Under the pieces are notes generated by a model. It was given only the letters and a program-made list of their open reading frames with translations, had not been told where the DNA came from and ran no database searches. DNA of 20,000 bases from an uncultured virus (IMG/VR IMGVR_UViG_3300029705_006997). Taxonomy: Duplodnaviria > Heunggongvirae > Uroviricota > Caudoviricetes. Made by a program: the position numbers and the translations under genes. This document shows, one piece after another, positions 8,546-16,978 of the stretch. The stretch lies in the IMG/VR virus record IMGVR_UViG_3300029705_006997, one strand, 5' to 3'. Positions within the stretch are counted from its first letter, which is position 1, and the number at the start of each line of letters is the position of its first letter.

Positions 8546-8554
8546 TATTTTGAA

Positions 8555-8773
8555 TTAAAACGGATAGTCTTTTGCTCGCAATGTTTTTAAAAATTCAACA
8601 GTAAAGCGATGCTTGGTATAGAAGATAATCCGGTTAATATCTTTCTTGCGGAATTTCTGGATAGTAAAGCCGCAATCGGGGTCGGTAGGATGAAAACCAT
8701 ATTTGTCAGTATAACCCTCAATTACTGTATTATCATCAAGAAGATATGCTTTACGTTTGTATAAATTCTTCAT
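8555..8773 (-). CDS. Small hypothetical protein
   Basis: Start re-assigned to MKNLY (RBS AAGGAG). Confidence 0.75.
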   Translation of the reverse strand: MKNLYKRKAYLLDDNTVIEGYTDKYGFHPTDPDCGFTIQKFRKKDINRIIFYTKHRFTVEFLKTLRAKDYPF

Positions 8774-8792
8774 AGTTTTACTCCTTATTGTT

Positions 8793-9317
8793 TTATTCAA
8801 TACATACGTTTGTAATTATACCGCTTGCATAGTCAGCTAAAAGCAAGGCTCTCAGTTCTTGCAAATTGCAGCAAGATAAGCCATATGAGACATTGTCTTC
8901 ATTGACAACAGCCATGTCCCAGCTTTCATCCGTATCGCAGTATGCTGTATATGTTTTTGTTTCACCGTGTACGGTCATTGTCACGAGTATATCTTTATTG
9001 ATGCTCAAGATTGTATTTTCAATAGCATCAAACACATATGGCTGCGGCTTTTCTGAAGTAAGCTTTTGTTCCATTCGTTTCATAATTTCGGCTTTGTATT
9101 TTTCAGCCTGTTTTTTGGAACTTATAGATAAGCCATAAGTATATGATGTGCCTGCATATGCACACTGGTTTGCATCAGCCATGAATTTTGTATATAAAAT
9201 ATACAAATATTCAGTTGAAATAGTTTTAACATCATCGTTTTTCTGTGACATAGCCTGTTTGAAATCAGCCAAATCACAGTTTTTATAATCCTTATATGTA
9301 ATGTTGGATTCAAACAT
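8793..9317 (-). CDS. Hypothetical protein; N-terminal domain paralogous to 6806..7444
   Basis: 174 aa; CDLADFKQAMSQKNDDVKTISTEYLYILYTKF; RBS AAGGAG. Confidence 0.85.
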   Translation of the reverse strand: MFESNITYKDYKNCDLADFKQAMSQKNDDVKTISTEYLYILYTKFMADANQCAYAGTSYTYGLSISSKKQAEKYKAEIMKRMEQKLTSEKPQPYVFDAIENTILSINKDILVTMTVHGETKTYTAYCDTDESWDMAVVNEDNVSYGLSCCNLQELRALLLADYASGIITNVCIE

Positions 9318-9324
9318 GTATCAA

Positions 9325-9786
9325 TTACTCCTTATCTGAATTTTTACGTTTTATGACTTTTGCTATCAACGAGCCGGTAAGTCCGATGATACTGATTATC
9401 AGGAATAGCCAGCTGACCATAATATTGCAGGCAATATGATGCGGATTGCTTTCAGAATATAAAATCTGTACATTACCGCCTTTTTTCATTGTAAAATCGT
9501 AAGTATTCAGTTCAGCTGAATATCCGATTTCATGACCTGCATTGTCACATACAAAATATGTCACATAAACATCATAATCAGTATGTGTTTTGCCATTGCG
9601 ACGATATGATGACTTATCAATATCGGTGATAACGGCTGATGTTTCAACGCCGTCTGTAAACTTAAGCATCAGAAAATCCATATTTATCAAAAGAGAGATA
9701 ATCAGGAACATAATAAAGAAGCCTGTTGAAACGTCGCTGAGACCATGCGGCTTGCCGAATAGGATTATACCACCTTTTTCATTCAT
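9325..9786 (-). CDS. DUF3592-like membrane protein
   Basis: TM helix - TSAVITDI...YDVYVTY...GGNVQILYSESNP - TM helix architecture; start MNEKGG with RBS GAGGTG. Confidence 0.75.
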   Translation of the reverse strand: MNEKGGIILFGKPHGLSDVSTGFFIMFLIISLLINMDFLMLKFTDGVETSAVITDIDKSSYRRNGKTHTDYDVYVTYFVCDNAGHEIGYSAELNTYDFTMKKGGNVQILYSESNPHHIACNIMVSWLFLIISIIGLTGSLIAKVIKRKNSDKE

Positions 9787-9797
9787 GTTAAGACACC

Positions 9798-10244
9798 TCA
9801 ATTCAAAGTCTGTTTGGAATAATAGCTTTTTATTGTCGGAATATTGATAATTGGCATTTCGGGTAAAAATGCATGCAAATTATCTCTTGCTTCAATGTAA
9901 GGCATTTCTGATTTTATGAGCTGTTCGAGTTCATTGTCACTGAACTTACCGTAATTATTCCAGATGCGTTCAAGAAAAGTCTGTGTTTCATCATCAATGG
10001 GCTTTGCATTCATGATAGTGTGTTTATTGAGAGTATTTCTGCCGAAAAACTCAAGAGGGGAATATAAGCTCATAGCGATAGGACCGCTATACCAAGCTCT
10101 GAATTCACCGTTGAATAATGCTGCATCATACAAAGTATGATGCCAAGCCTGTGTATAATAACAAAGCTTCTGCAGTTTACTGTGGGTCATTGGTGCTTTA
10201 CATAAGAACCAATAAGCGATATCGAGAATCATATATTTTTTCAT
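9798..10244 (-). CDS. Panacea domain (SocA-like/DUF4065/GepA) antitoxin-family protein
   Basis: IAYWFL, KLQKLCYY, LF..EFRAWYSGPI, YGKFS...L; start MKKY with RBS GAAAGGA. Confidence 0.88.
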   Translation of the reverse strand: MKKYMILDIAYWFLCKAPMTHSKLQKLCYYTQAWHHTLYDAALFNGEFRAWYSGPIAMSLYSPLEFFGRNTLNKHTIMNAKPIDDETQTFLERIWNNYGKFSDNELEQLIKSEMPYIEARDNLHAFLPEMPIINIPTIKSYYSKQTLN

Positions 10245-10266
10245 AAAATATTGTCCTTTCATGACG

Positions 10267-10485
10267 TTACCATTTGTTTTCTTCAATCAATTCGTTTTTG
10301 ATTTGATTGAAAAGCATTATACGGCGATTTTGTTCTTTCAGAAATACCACTCTCTCTATGGGAGAGAGAATGGATTCTGATTTAGCAATAGCGTAGGTCG
10401 AGCGTTTGTCGTGATGTTTTTTAATATACGTAAGCAGTTTGTTTTCTGCTCGTTTGTATATTTTTTGATGTATTCGTTTGTTCAT
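10267..10485 (-). CDS. Small basic hypothetical protein
   Basis: 72 aa ORF abutting the stop of the upstream gene. Confidence 0.7.
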   Translation of the reverse strand: MNKRIHQKIYKRAENKLLTYIKKHHDKRSTYAIAKSESILSPIERVVFLKEQNRRIMLFNQIKNELIEENKW

Positions 10486-10486
10486 A

Positions 10487-10876
10487 TTATAATTTTACAA
10501 GAGGTCGAGGAAAACGCTGCATTTCAGCGTGCAGCCAATCCAGTGCGTCAGGCTTGAATATATGTTCAGCAAAAGCTTCCACAAAACCTGTTGCTGTATA
10601 AGTCACCATTCTGTTGATGATATAACACTGTTCATCGACAGTTAAAGCTGATAAATTGATGAGCTGTACTTTTGTGCTGTCATCTTCACCTACAGCTGCA
10701 TAAGACCGAACATAACGGTCAAAATGAGGCTGAAGCTTATCATAATCGCCCCATTTCATTATCATATCATCAGGTCCGTAGATTAAGATGCTTGGATTTT
10801 CTATACCGTTATTAGAATGAGCACTACACAAAGTGCCGTTCTGAACATAGCAAACGTAAGGTTTTGTATTTGACAT
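10487..10876 (-). CDS. Hypothetical protein
   Basis: Start re-assigned to MSNTKPY (RBS GAAAGGAG). Confidence 0.8.
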   Translation of the reverse strand: MSNTKPYVCYVQNGTLCSAHSNNGIENPSILIYGPDDMIMKWGDYDKLQPHFDRYVRSYAAVGEDDSTKVQLINLSALTVDEQCYIINRMVTYTATGFVEAFAEHIFKPDALDWLHAEMQRFPRPLVKL

Positions 10877-10889
10877 AATGATACTCCTT

Positions 10890-11327
10890 TCAGTATATAC
10901 GGTCTTCTTCTCTGAGAATACCGAGGTTTTCAAGTGTTAAAATCTGAGCATTTGTGAGATTGTTTTCATAGTAATATTCAATTTGGCGATTGTAATTGCG
11001 ATAGATTTTGACCCAACCCTGCATTTCAAGACATCTTTCATTTGACTTGAGATAAAGCTGAGCAAATAATCTATGTTCACCGTAATCACAACCATAATGC
11101 TTACCATTGCGGTCAATAAAACCGAAAATGCTGTCGGGTTTCAAAAGACAGCTCCAATCGAGATTTGTGATATCATCAGCTTCTACGATTATGTCATCAT
11201 CTGATGGCTCATAAGCCTGACGGCCGCCATATAGGTTTGTTATATAGCAGCCGTCAATTTTCCACCAACCATTATCAACGATGGAACCATCGTTGTATTC
11301 TGAAAAATTGTGTAAAAATTTTGGCAT
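10890..11327 (-). CDS. Hypothetical phage-type protein
   Basis: 145 aa; GFIDRNGKHYGCDYGEH...GWVKI...LTNAQ pattern; RBS AGGAG. Confidence 0.8.
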   Translation of the reverse strand: MPKFLHNFSEYNDGSIVDNGWWKIDGCYITNLYGGRQAYEPSDDDIIVEADDITNLDWSCLLKPDSIFGFIDRNGKHYGCDYGEHRLFAQLYLKSNERCLEMQGWVKIYRNYNRQIEYYYENNLTNAQILTLENLGILREEDRIY

Positions 11328-11342
11328 TGTTATCTCCTGTAT

Positions 11343-11726
11343 TTACGCATAGAGAGCCGTAAACCATCTGTTCCATTCAGCGTCTCGGTCTTCAAGAGAA
11401 GCATTCCATGTAAGCTTGCCGTTTTCAATAATACGACAGAAATTAAATACTTCCTGTTCTATGATTTCATCAGTGATTTCATAGCAGGTATCCATTGAGC
11501 CTATACAAACGGCGTCATTTACACTTTTGGCATTAGTCAATTTATCATAAGCCGTGATGTAAATAGCGGGAATATTGTTGTTAATGGATGTGACTTCAGC
11601 CATGATTATGATATTATTATCATAATCAATAGATGTCACAGCTTTGTTGTTTTTGCAAAAAATACTGCGTTTTGTAGTTCTGTCGCGAAGATTTTTAATA
11701 GCTATGACGATAGCGTTTGGGTTCAT
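11343..11726 (-). CDS. Hypothetical protein
   Basis: 127 aa ORF; RBS AAAGGAG. Confidence 0.8.
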   Translation of the reverse strand: MNPNAIVIAIKNLRDRTTKRSIFCKNNKAVTSIDYDNNIIIMAEVTSINNNIPAIYITAYDKLTNAKSVNDAVCIGSMDTCYEITDEIIEQEVFNFCRIIENGKLTWNASLEDRDAEWNRWFTALYA

Positions 11727-11778
11727 AATAGCATCTCCTTTTTTATCAGTGTCATAATAATTATTTTCTTATAAATCG

Positions 11779-11816
11779 TTTATGAACAACCCCGTCTGTC
11801 TGCAAAGACAGAAAAA
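11779..11816. repeat. 38-bp dispersed intergenic repeat, copy 2 (contains 7-bp hairpin with GCAA loop)
   Basis: tttatgaacaaccccgtctgtctgcaaagacagaaaaa; 33/38 identical to 6765..6802. Confidence 0.85.
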
Positions 11817-11841
11817 GCCCCAATGTACAGAGCATCAGGGC
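11812..11841 (-). terminator. Intrinsic terminator downstream of 11908..12702
   Basis: Minus strand GCCCTGATG-CTCTGTA-CATTGGGGC-TTTTT (two G-U pairs). Confidence 0.7.
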
Positions 11842-11907
11842 ATTAATTTAAGAAATATATTATAGATATCAGAGTTTAACGGAAATAGTGAATCGTAATT
11901 TGGTAAA

Positions 11908-12702
11908 TTATGATTTGGTAAATTGCTGAGATGTAGATTTTGAATGTGTTTTAATTGTTTTGTATATAGCTATTGTTACAAATATGCTTCCGATTATTGC
12001 AATTCCAATGATGGTGAAGATGACGCTGTTCATATCAGTTCTTTCATAAATAGGTTCTGTGTTTTGATAAGGAACGGCTGAAGTATTTGTTTCAAAGCCT
12101 GTAATATTGGCTGTGGGGTCAGATATGTATATCCAGCCCCGATTATTCCAGATATAACCTATATAGCCCCATTTTTGATTGTTTTCATCAGTATATATCT
12201 TGCTTATATAAGTTGTCCACTCAGGCGGATACTGTTTCATAATGCGTGCATTTTCACTATGAGGATAAGACCATAGATAGATAGGCTTATCAGTGGTGTA
12301 ATCAACAAGCTCATTGTTGGCGTCGACAATATCAGCTTTGTGTTCTTCCATAAAGCTTGTATTGTCATAAATTACGTCACAATCAGTCATTTTTATCCAA
12401 AGCTGTTCATATTCATCATTGGTAACTGAGAAACAGCCCCATTGGATATCATTCTTGTCAGTATGTTCTCCTATAATGGTTATTGTACTGTTAATTTCGA
12501 ATTTACCTATGCGTTTTCCATTAGGATTGTCATAAACAGGGCATTCGTTTATGATTTTATATTGTCTGGTCACACCGCCGACAAGCGGTTCAAACATCAT
12601 TTTACTGCTCAATGCATCCTGTGGTTTGAAAACAAAATAATTAATCAGTATTGCGATTATAATCAACAAAGAGGTCAGGAGTATTGTTTTGAATGTTTTC
12701 AT
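11908..12702 (-). CDS. Membrane-anchored protein with two SH3b-like repeats
   Basis: N-terminal signal/TM and C-terminal TM; two repeats (VYDNP...HTDKNDIQWGCF...WI and LWSYP...YTDENNQKWGYI...GWI). Confidence 0.75.
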   Translation of the reverse strand: MKTFKTILLTSLLIIIAILINYFVFKPQDALSSKMMFEPLVGGVTRQYKIINECPVYDNPNGKRIGKFEINSTITIIGEHTDKNDIQWGCFSVTNDEYEQLWIKMTDCDVIYDNTSFMEEHKADIVDANNELVDYTTDKPIYLWSYPHSENARIMKQYPPEWTTYISKIYTDENNQKWGYIGYIWNNRGWIYISDPTANITGFETNTSAVPYQNTEPIYERTDMNSVIFTIIGIAIIGSIFVTIAIYKTIKTHSKSTSQQFTKS

Positions 12703-12737
12703 ATTATGTCACATACTTTCTTTATCAGATTATTTAT

Positions 12738-12766
12738 ATTATATCACGTTTATGCAAAAATATCAA
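12738..12766 (-). promoter_or_regulatory. Sigma-A promoter, leftward
   Basis: Minus strand TTGATA-17 nt-TATAAT with extended -10 TG. Confidence 0.8.
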
Positions 12767-12892
12767 GTATATGAGGTATTTTGCAATACAGGGATTGATA
12801 CGGATATGACAAACAAATGATACAAAGGCTTTTTATTCTCAAAAATGAGAGGATTTTGCAACAAATTTTGTTCAATAAATGCGTTCACAATA

Positions 12893-12921
12893 TTGACATT
12901 TTTGAAGATATATGGTATAAT
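12893..12921 (+). promoter_or_regulatory. Consensus sigma-A promoter, rightward
   Basis: TTGACA (12893-12898)-17 nt-TATAAT (12916-12921) with extended -10 TG. Confidence 0.9.
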
Positions 12922-12969
12922 AATATCAGGACATTAGGTCAAACAATTATTGCGACTATCAGATACGAC

Positions 12970-13040
12970 ATGCGGATAAAATTGATATTGAGATTATCGG
13001 CATAGATGTTTTGAAAGAAGCAGCTGTGTCGATTTTTTAT
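12970..13040 (+). promoter_or_regulatory. Putative transcription attenuator (overlapping antiterminator and terminator) in the 5' leader
   Basis: Terminator ATCGGCATAG (12996-13005)/CTGTGTCGAT (13024-13033) followed by a T-tract; competing stem ATGCGGATAA (12970-12979)/TTATCGGCAT (12994-13003). Confidence 0.6.
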
Positions 13041-13063
13041 TATATCTGAAAGGACTTGAGGCT

Positions 13064-13396
13064 ATGCAGCTGTTGCATATACCCGATAAAGAAACCAAAG
13101 AATTTGCATATTATATCGGTTTTTTCGATAAAAACGATGTGAATGATTTTCTTGTAACCTGTAGAAAAATAGATACTTTGCTTGAGTCAGCAAGAGGGGA
13201 CAGCGATGCTTGTCGTTATGGCAATTTAGCTGACAAAATCATAAGTAGATGTGATGGCGGTCTTACGGGTCCCAATGGTGAGTTGATAATTAAGCTCGAA
13301 TCACAGGAATTGTGTTCGTTGTTTTCTATTTTTTCTACATTTACAAAAGCGGATATGATTTTGTATGAGTCGTTATATGGTTTGATTGACATATGA
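13064..13396 (+). CDS. Hypothetical protein (paralog family C)
   Basis: 110 aa; RBS GAAAGGA/GAGG; similar to 13418..13786. Confidence 0.8.
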   Translation: MQLLHIPDKETKEFAYYIGFFDKNDVNDFLVTCRKIDTLLESARGDSDACRYGNLADKIISRCDGGLTGPNGELIIKLESQELCSLFSIFSTFTKADMILYESLYGLIDI

Positions 13397-13417
13397 AACA
13401 AGAAAGGGGCAGACGTT

Positions 13418-13786
13418 ATGTTTCTGTCACGAAAAATCGACAATGAGACAAATATCGTTATTGATTATCTGAGTTTCACAGATAATAATGATTTAAACTG
13501 GTTTTTTAATCATCTCAGAGCTATCTGCGAAAGATATGACAGGCTTCGTGGTCAAATACTCGTTGATAATCCGAGCAAAGAAGCAGAAATGAAATATATG
13601 GACATTGTCAATATATTGAATGCCAAGATAAATTGCGATTTCGATAAGCCCGATACGGACTTTACTGTAGAAATAACATTTGAAGAGCTGCAGTATTTGC
13701 TTTATATCTATATGCTGTTTGCAGAATCGGAACAGGATATATTCGAAATCAGTCAGAAAATAAACATTTGTCAGGAAAAGGAGTAA
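13418..13786 (+). CDS. Hypothetical protein (paralog family C)
   Basis: 122 aa; RBS AGAAAGGGG; DNETN...YLSFTDNNDLNWF vs DKETK...YIGFFDKNDVNDF. Confidence 0.8.
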   Translation: MFLSRKIDNETNIVIDYLSFTDNNDLNWFFNHLRAICERYDRLRGQILVDNPSKEAEMKYMDIVNILNAKINCDFDKPDTDFTVEITFEELQYLLYIYMLFAESEQDIFEISQKINICQEKE

Positions 13787-13791
13787 TCAAT

Positions 13792-14172
13792 ATGACAGTT
13801 GAAAGAGGGCAGCTTGTGAGAGTCAAGGCTATTGACGGAAATACTTACACAGGAACGATTTATCAAATCGTTATCGAGCAATGTGAGGATGATGACAATA
13901 AGCCTCATGCAATGATACATATCTCGCAGGATAGGCGATTTATCAACTCAGAGGGTGAGTTTGGTCATGTTTCACTCTGGCTTGAAGCTATTGAGAGCAT
14001 CAGAAAGCTTGAGGGAACAGGCTGTAATAACATAACGACTTCACTCAGAGTTATCCATGATGAAGCTGAGAGATTGCTCAAGAGTGTTGAGTTAAATAAG
14101 CTTTCAGAAGATAAAAATACTTTAAGACCTATGTGTCTGAAATGCGGCAAGACAGTTATGGTTGATTTTTAA
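13792..14172 (+). CDS. Hypothetical protein, N-terminal Sm/SH3-like barrel, single C-terminal CxxC
   Basis: Start re-assigned to MTVERGQLVRV (RBS AAAGGAG); DGNTYTGTI; CLKCG near the C-terminus. Confidence 0.75.
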   Translation: MTVERGQLVRVKAIDGNTYTGTIYQIVIEQCEDDDNKPHAMIHISQDRRFINSEGEFGHVSLWLEAIESIRKLEGTGCNNITTSLRVIHDEAERLLKSVELNKLSEDKNTLRPMCLKCGKTVMVDF

Positions 14173-14210
14173 TCGAAGTATTTTAGTGTAAAACAAAGAG
14201 GTTATTTATT

Positions 14211-14534
14211 ATGGTTGTAAAGTATTCCAGTAATGGCGTGACCGGTGTGATTGTTGTAGAACATGCAATTCGCAAGCCTTGTAAGGGCGGTAATCTGTTA
14301 CGCTTTTATCCACTGTGCAAAAAGGATTTTACGAGTTTCAGCATATTTGAAGACGGAGATATTGTTGCAGGTGCGCTTCTTAATATGTTATATAAAGGCG
14401 AGCTGGATATTACAAATTATGAAGTTGTATTTGAGAAGAAAAAGCGAGGTAAACGTGTGAGTAAAAGGAGCGTGATTTATCATGAAAGTCAAAAGCAGAG
14501 AGGATTTGAAAGACAGGGAGCTTCTTGTGATTAA
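14211..14534 (+). CDS. Hypothetical protein (paralog family B, 'MVVKY')
   Basis: 107 aa; RBS AGAGG; similar to 16979..17350; its 3' end overlaps the next gene by 53 nt. Confidence 0.75.
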   Translation: MVVKYSSNGVTGVIVVEHAIRKPCKGGNLLRFYPLCKKDFTSFSIFEDGDIVAGALLNMLYKGELDITNYEVVFEKKKRGKRVSKRSVIYHESQKQRGFERQGASCD

Positions 14535-16863
14535 AACAGCCGAGGGCTGTGGTGAGAATAAAGACAAATACGCATGTATAATACAGCTGCGTCAGGATGG
14601 CGAGCTTGGTAAGAAGGACCCGCAGAAAAATCCTAATTTGTATACCAAGAGTTATACAGACAAAAGCGGCAATAAGCAATATACAAATACAGTATATTTG
14701 TCCGAAGCTGAGTATAAAGCTATCGAAAAGGCTTCAGAGGGCAATGGTTATAAGACGCAAAAATCAGCTTGCTTTGCTGTAAAATGCGATTTGAAAATCG
14801 AGGAAGCTGCTATGAAAAACGCGTCGGGACAGCCCATATTGAATGATGACGGCAAACCTGTGACGAAAAAGAAGTTAGCCCTTGATTTTGATACGGTCAG
14901 ACCGTCTGATTATGTGTTTGATACGAAGTCCAAAACAGTTCATGATATCAATTGGAAGACAGCAGCTAAGCCTGAAAATATTGCGATGTATGACCATTTG
15001 AAATCTATGTTGGCTTCTTATGAACTGACTCCTAATCCATATGCCGAAAAGCAAAGCGAAGCTGTTAGCGAGAAGGAAACTGTTGAAACTGAAAAGAAAC
15101 AACCGCTTCAGAGCAAACGTGAAATGACTTTTGAGGAATACAAGGCTCTTAATTTATTCAATAAAGGAACATTATTGGGTAAATATTATTATGAGCATGA
15201 TGACGGCGACCAGTGTTGGTCTAATTCATCACATCTTTACCAGCTTGGAGACCGTTATTTCTATGAAGGCTCTGAGGGATATTATTGCGAGGATAGTTAC
15301 TATGAGTATACACAGGATGAAGCTGTGGAGAAATTGAAGGAATATGAGGAAGAATCAAAGCGTTGGGATAGTCATACTGTCACCGAAGCAGGACGTCAGA
15401 TTCTCGACGGTAAGAATGCTCAGGCTGAAAAACAGAGTGATACAGTAACTGCTGAAAAATCAAAAGAAACAGCAAGTGTTGTTATTGAAGATGCTCAGTT
15501 TGAACGGCTAAAGCAGGAAGTTAATGATGGTAAGCGTATGAATTTTGTAGGAACAGCAGTATGTATTCCTTCATTTACGATAGCAGGACAAACGTATGCA
15601 AAACCCGGTGCAAAAGTAATGCCGCTGCCTGAATTATATATAAAGTCATCAGAAATGTCAGAGCATATGGTGTACGCAGTTGATGCCACGAATTTATCAT
15701 TTGATGATATACGCAAAGACTGTAAAGAATTCAGGGAAGACCTGAGTATTCCGCAGACATTGGCGGCTAATGTAAAAGCCGGCAAAGCTCCTCGATTTGA
15801 TGATAATCGCGACATTGAGGTTCTGAGAACTCGCTTGGAATCGTGTGCTCATACTAATCCTGAAGAATATTCAGCTTTTGATGATAAAATTACAGAAGGT
15901 GATGCTAAGGATTACAGTGTGATGCACGGTAAATTCACAATGTATGCATTTAGTGCAGAGGTTGACGAACATGGCAGGATATATGTAGATACTATTGAAA
16001 AGTCAACATTGCATCCCGATGAATTATCAAAAGATGTATGCAAAAAATCATTTGCATACAGAGATTCAGAGATGTTCTTAGCAAATGACGCTAATTTTGA
16101 AACAAAAATTGAGAAAATGTTGTCTAAGTACGATGCACCTGAAGAAAAATCTGTTGAAGTCAAGGAAGCTGATAAGACAGCTGATAAATCCACAAAGACA
16201 GAGTTTGGTGTGTCTGACTGTTGGGATGAGCCGACTCCAACAGAAGCAAGAGAGGCTAAGCGTCAGGCAAATCTTGAAGAAAAGGTAAAGAGTGACGATG
16301 GATTTGACGTCAAAGACCTGAAAGGCAGAGATGTTATCATTATCAAAGCTGCCGAAGGCTGCGGTAAGGACAAAGACGGTTATCTCGTAAGCGTAACGCT
16401 CAGACAAGACGGCGAGTTTGGCGCAAATGACCCACATATGTATCCTTGTGTGAGTATGCATGATTACAATGGTCGAAGAGGTAATACCGTTTACCTGACT
16501 AAATCACAGTATGAAGCTGTTGAAAATGCGGCAGGGGATAATGCATTTCAGCCTAAAGGTAATCGCGCGATGCATATGGCTGTCAAATGCGATTTGAAAG
16601 AGCGCACCGATGAGACAGGTTATAAGTATTTGACGCTTGATACCAAGACCGTTCAGCCGCCGAGTGTGGAATTCAATGAAAAGACACTGACAGACCATCG
16701 TGATACTATTTCACGTAATCGAAAAGACGTTGAAAAGATACAGAGTCTTACGAAAGACGCTGATAAGATAAAAAGCACTCTGAATGCAAGATTTGCGTCA
16801 GCTGCTCAGGTGGGTAGTGAAGTTTCACAGCCCGAAAGCTCAACGCCTGATTATCCGTTTTAA
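14482..16863 (+). CDS. Large multidomain protein with two copies of the 'LRQDG' domain (family A)
   Basis: 793 aa; RBS AAAGGAG; internal repeat AEGCG...LRQDGE.G..DP...NTVYL...AVKCDLK near both ends. Confidence 0.9.
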   Translation: MKVKSREDLKDRELLVIKTAEGCGENKDKYACIIQLRQDGELGKKDPQKNPNLYTKSYTDKSGNKQYTNTVYLSEAEYKAIEKASEGNGYKTQKSACFAVKCDLKIEEAAMKNASGQPILNDDGKPVTKKKLALDFDTVRPSDYVFDTKSKTVHDINWKTAAKPENIAMYDHLKSMLASYELTPNPYAEKQSEAVSEKETVETEKKQPLQSKREMTFEEYKALNLFNKGTLLGKYYYEHDDGDQCWSNSSHLYQLGDRYFYEGSEGYYCEDSYYEYTQDEAVEKLKEYEEESKRWDSHTVTEAGRQILDGKNAQAEKQSDTVTAEKSKETASVVIEDAQFERLKQEVNDGKRMNFVGTAVCIPSFTIAGQTYAKPGAKVMPLPELYIKSSEMSEHMVYAVDATNLSFDDIRKDCKEFREDLSIPQTLAANVKAGKAPRFDDNRDIEVLRTRLESCAHTNPEEYSAFDDKITEGDAKDYSVMHGKFTMYAFSAEVDEHGRIYVDTIEKSTLHPDELSKDVCKKSFAYRDSEMFLANDANFETKIEKMLSKYDAPEEKSVEVKEADKTADKSTKTEFGVSDCWDEPTPTEAREAKRQANLEEKVKSDDGFDVKDLKGRDVIIIKAAEGCGKDKDGYLVSVTLRQDGEFGANDPHMYPCVSMHDYNGRRGNTVYLTKSQYEAVENAAGDNAFQPKGNRAMHMAVKCDLKERTDETGYKYLTLDTKTVQPPSVEFNEKTLTDHRDTISRNRKDVEKIQSLTKDADKIKSTLNARFASAAQVGSEVSQPESSTPDYPF

Positions 16864-16939
16864 TAATTAACAGCCTGTAAGGGTTGATAATTAAGATATT
16901 CAGATATTCAATGCGTAGTAACGCTGAAGAATATCTTGA
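16864..16939 (+). other. Structured intergenic region with two adjacent hairpins
   Basis: TAATTAaCAGCCT-GTAA-GGGTTGaTAATTA, then AAGATATTC (16893-16901)/GAATATCTT (16929-16937) enclosing TTCA/TGAA and GCGT-AGTA-ACGC. Confidence 0.55.
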
Positions 16940-16978
16940 TATATACAAAATATTTTTTAACAAAAAGGAGTTTTTATT

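Noticed and set aside
8555..8575. C-terminus DYPF identical to that of the 793 aa protein
   Set aside because: Only four residues, and the preceding segment lacks the disordered acidic spacer; probably chance.
6765..11816. Repeat pair as DGR template/variable repeat or IS ends
   Set aside because: Too short, non-coding, direct orientation, differences not adenine-specific, and no reverse transcriptase or transposase in the window.
12817..13005. 62 aa ORF in the divergent intergenic region
   Set aside because: It runs through the consensus promoter and has no RBS; only its last 11 codons are noted as a possible leader peptide.
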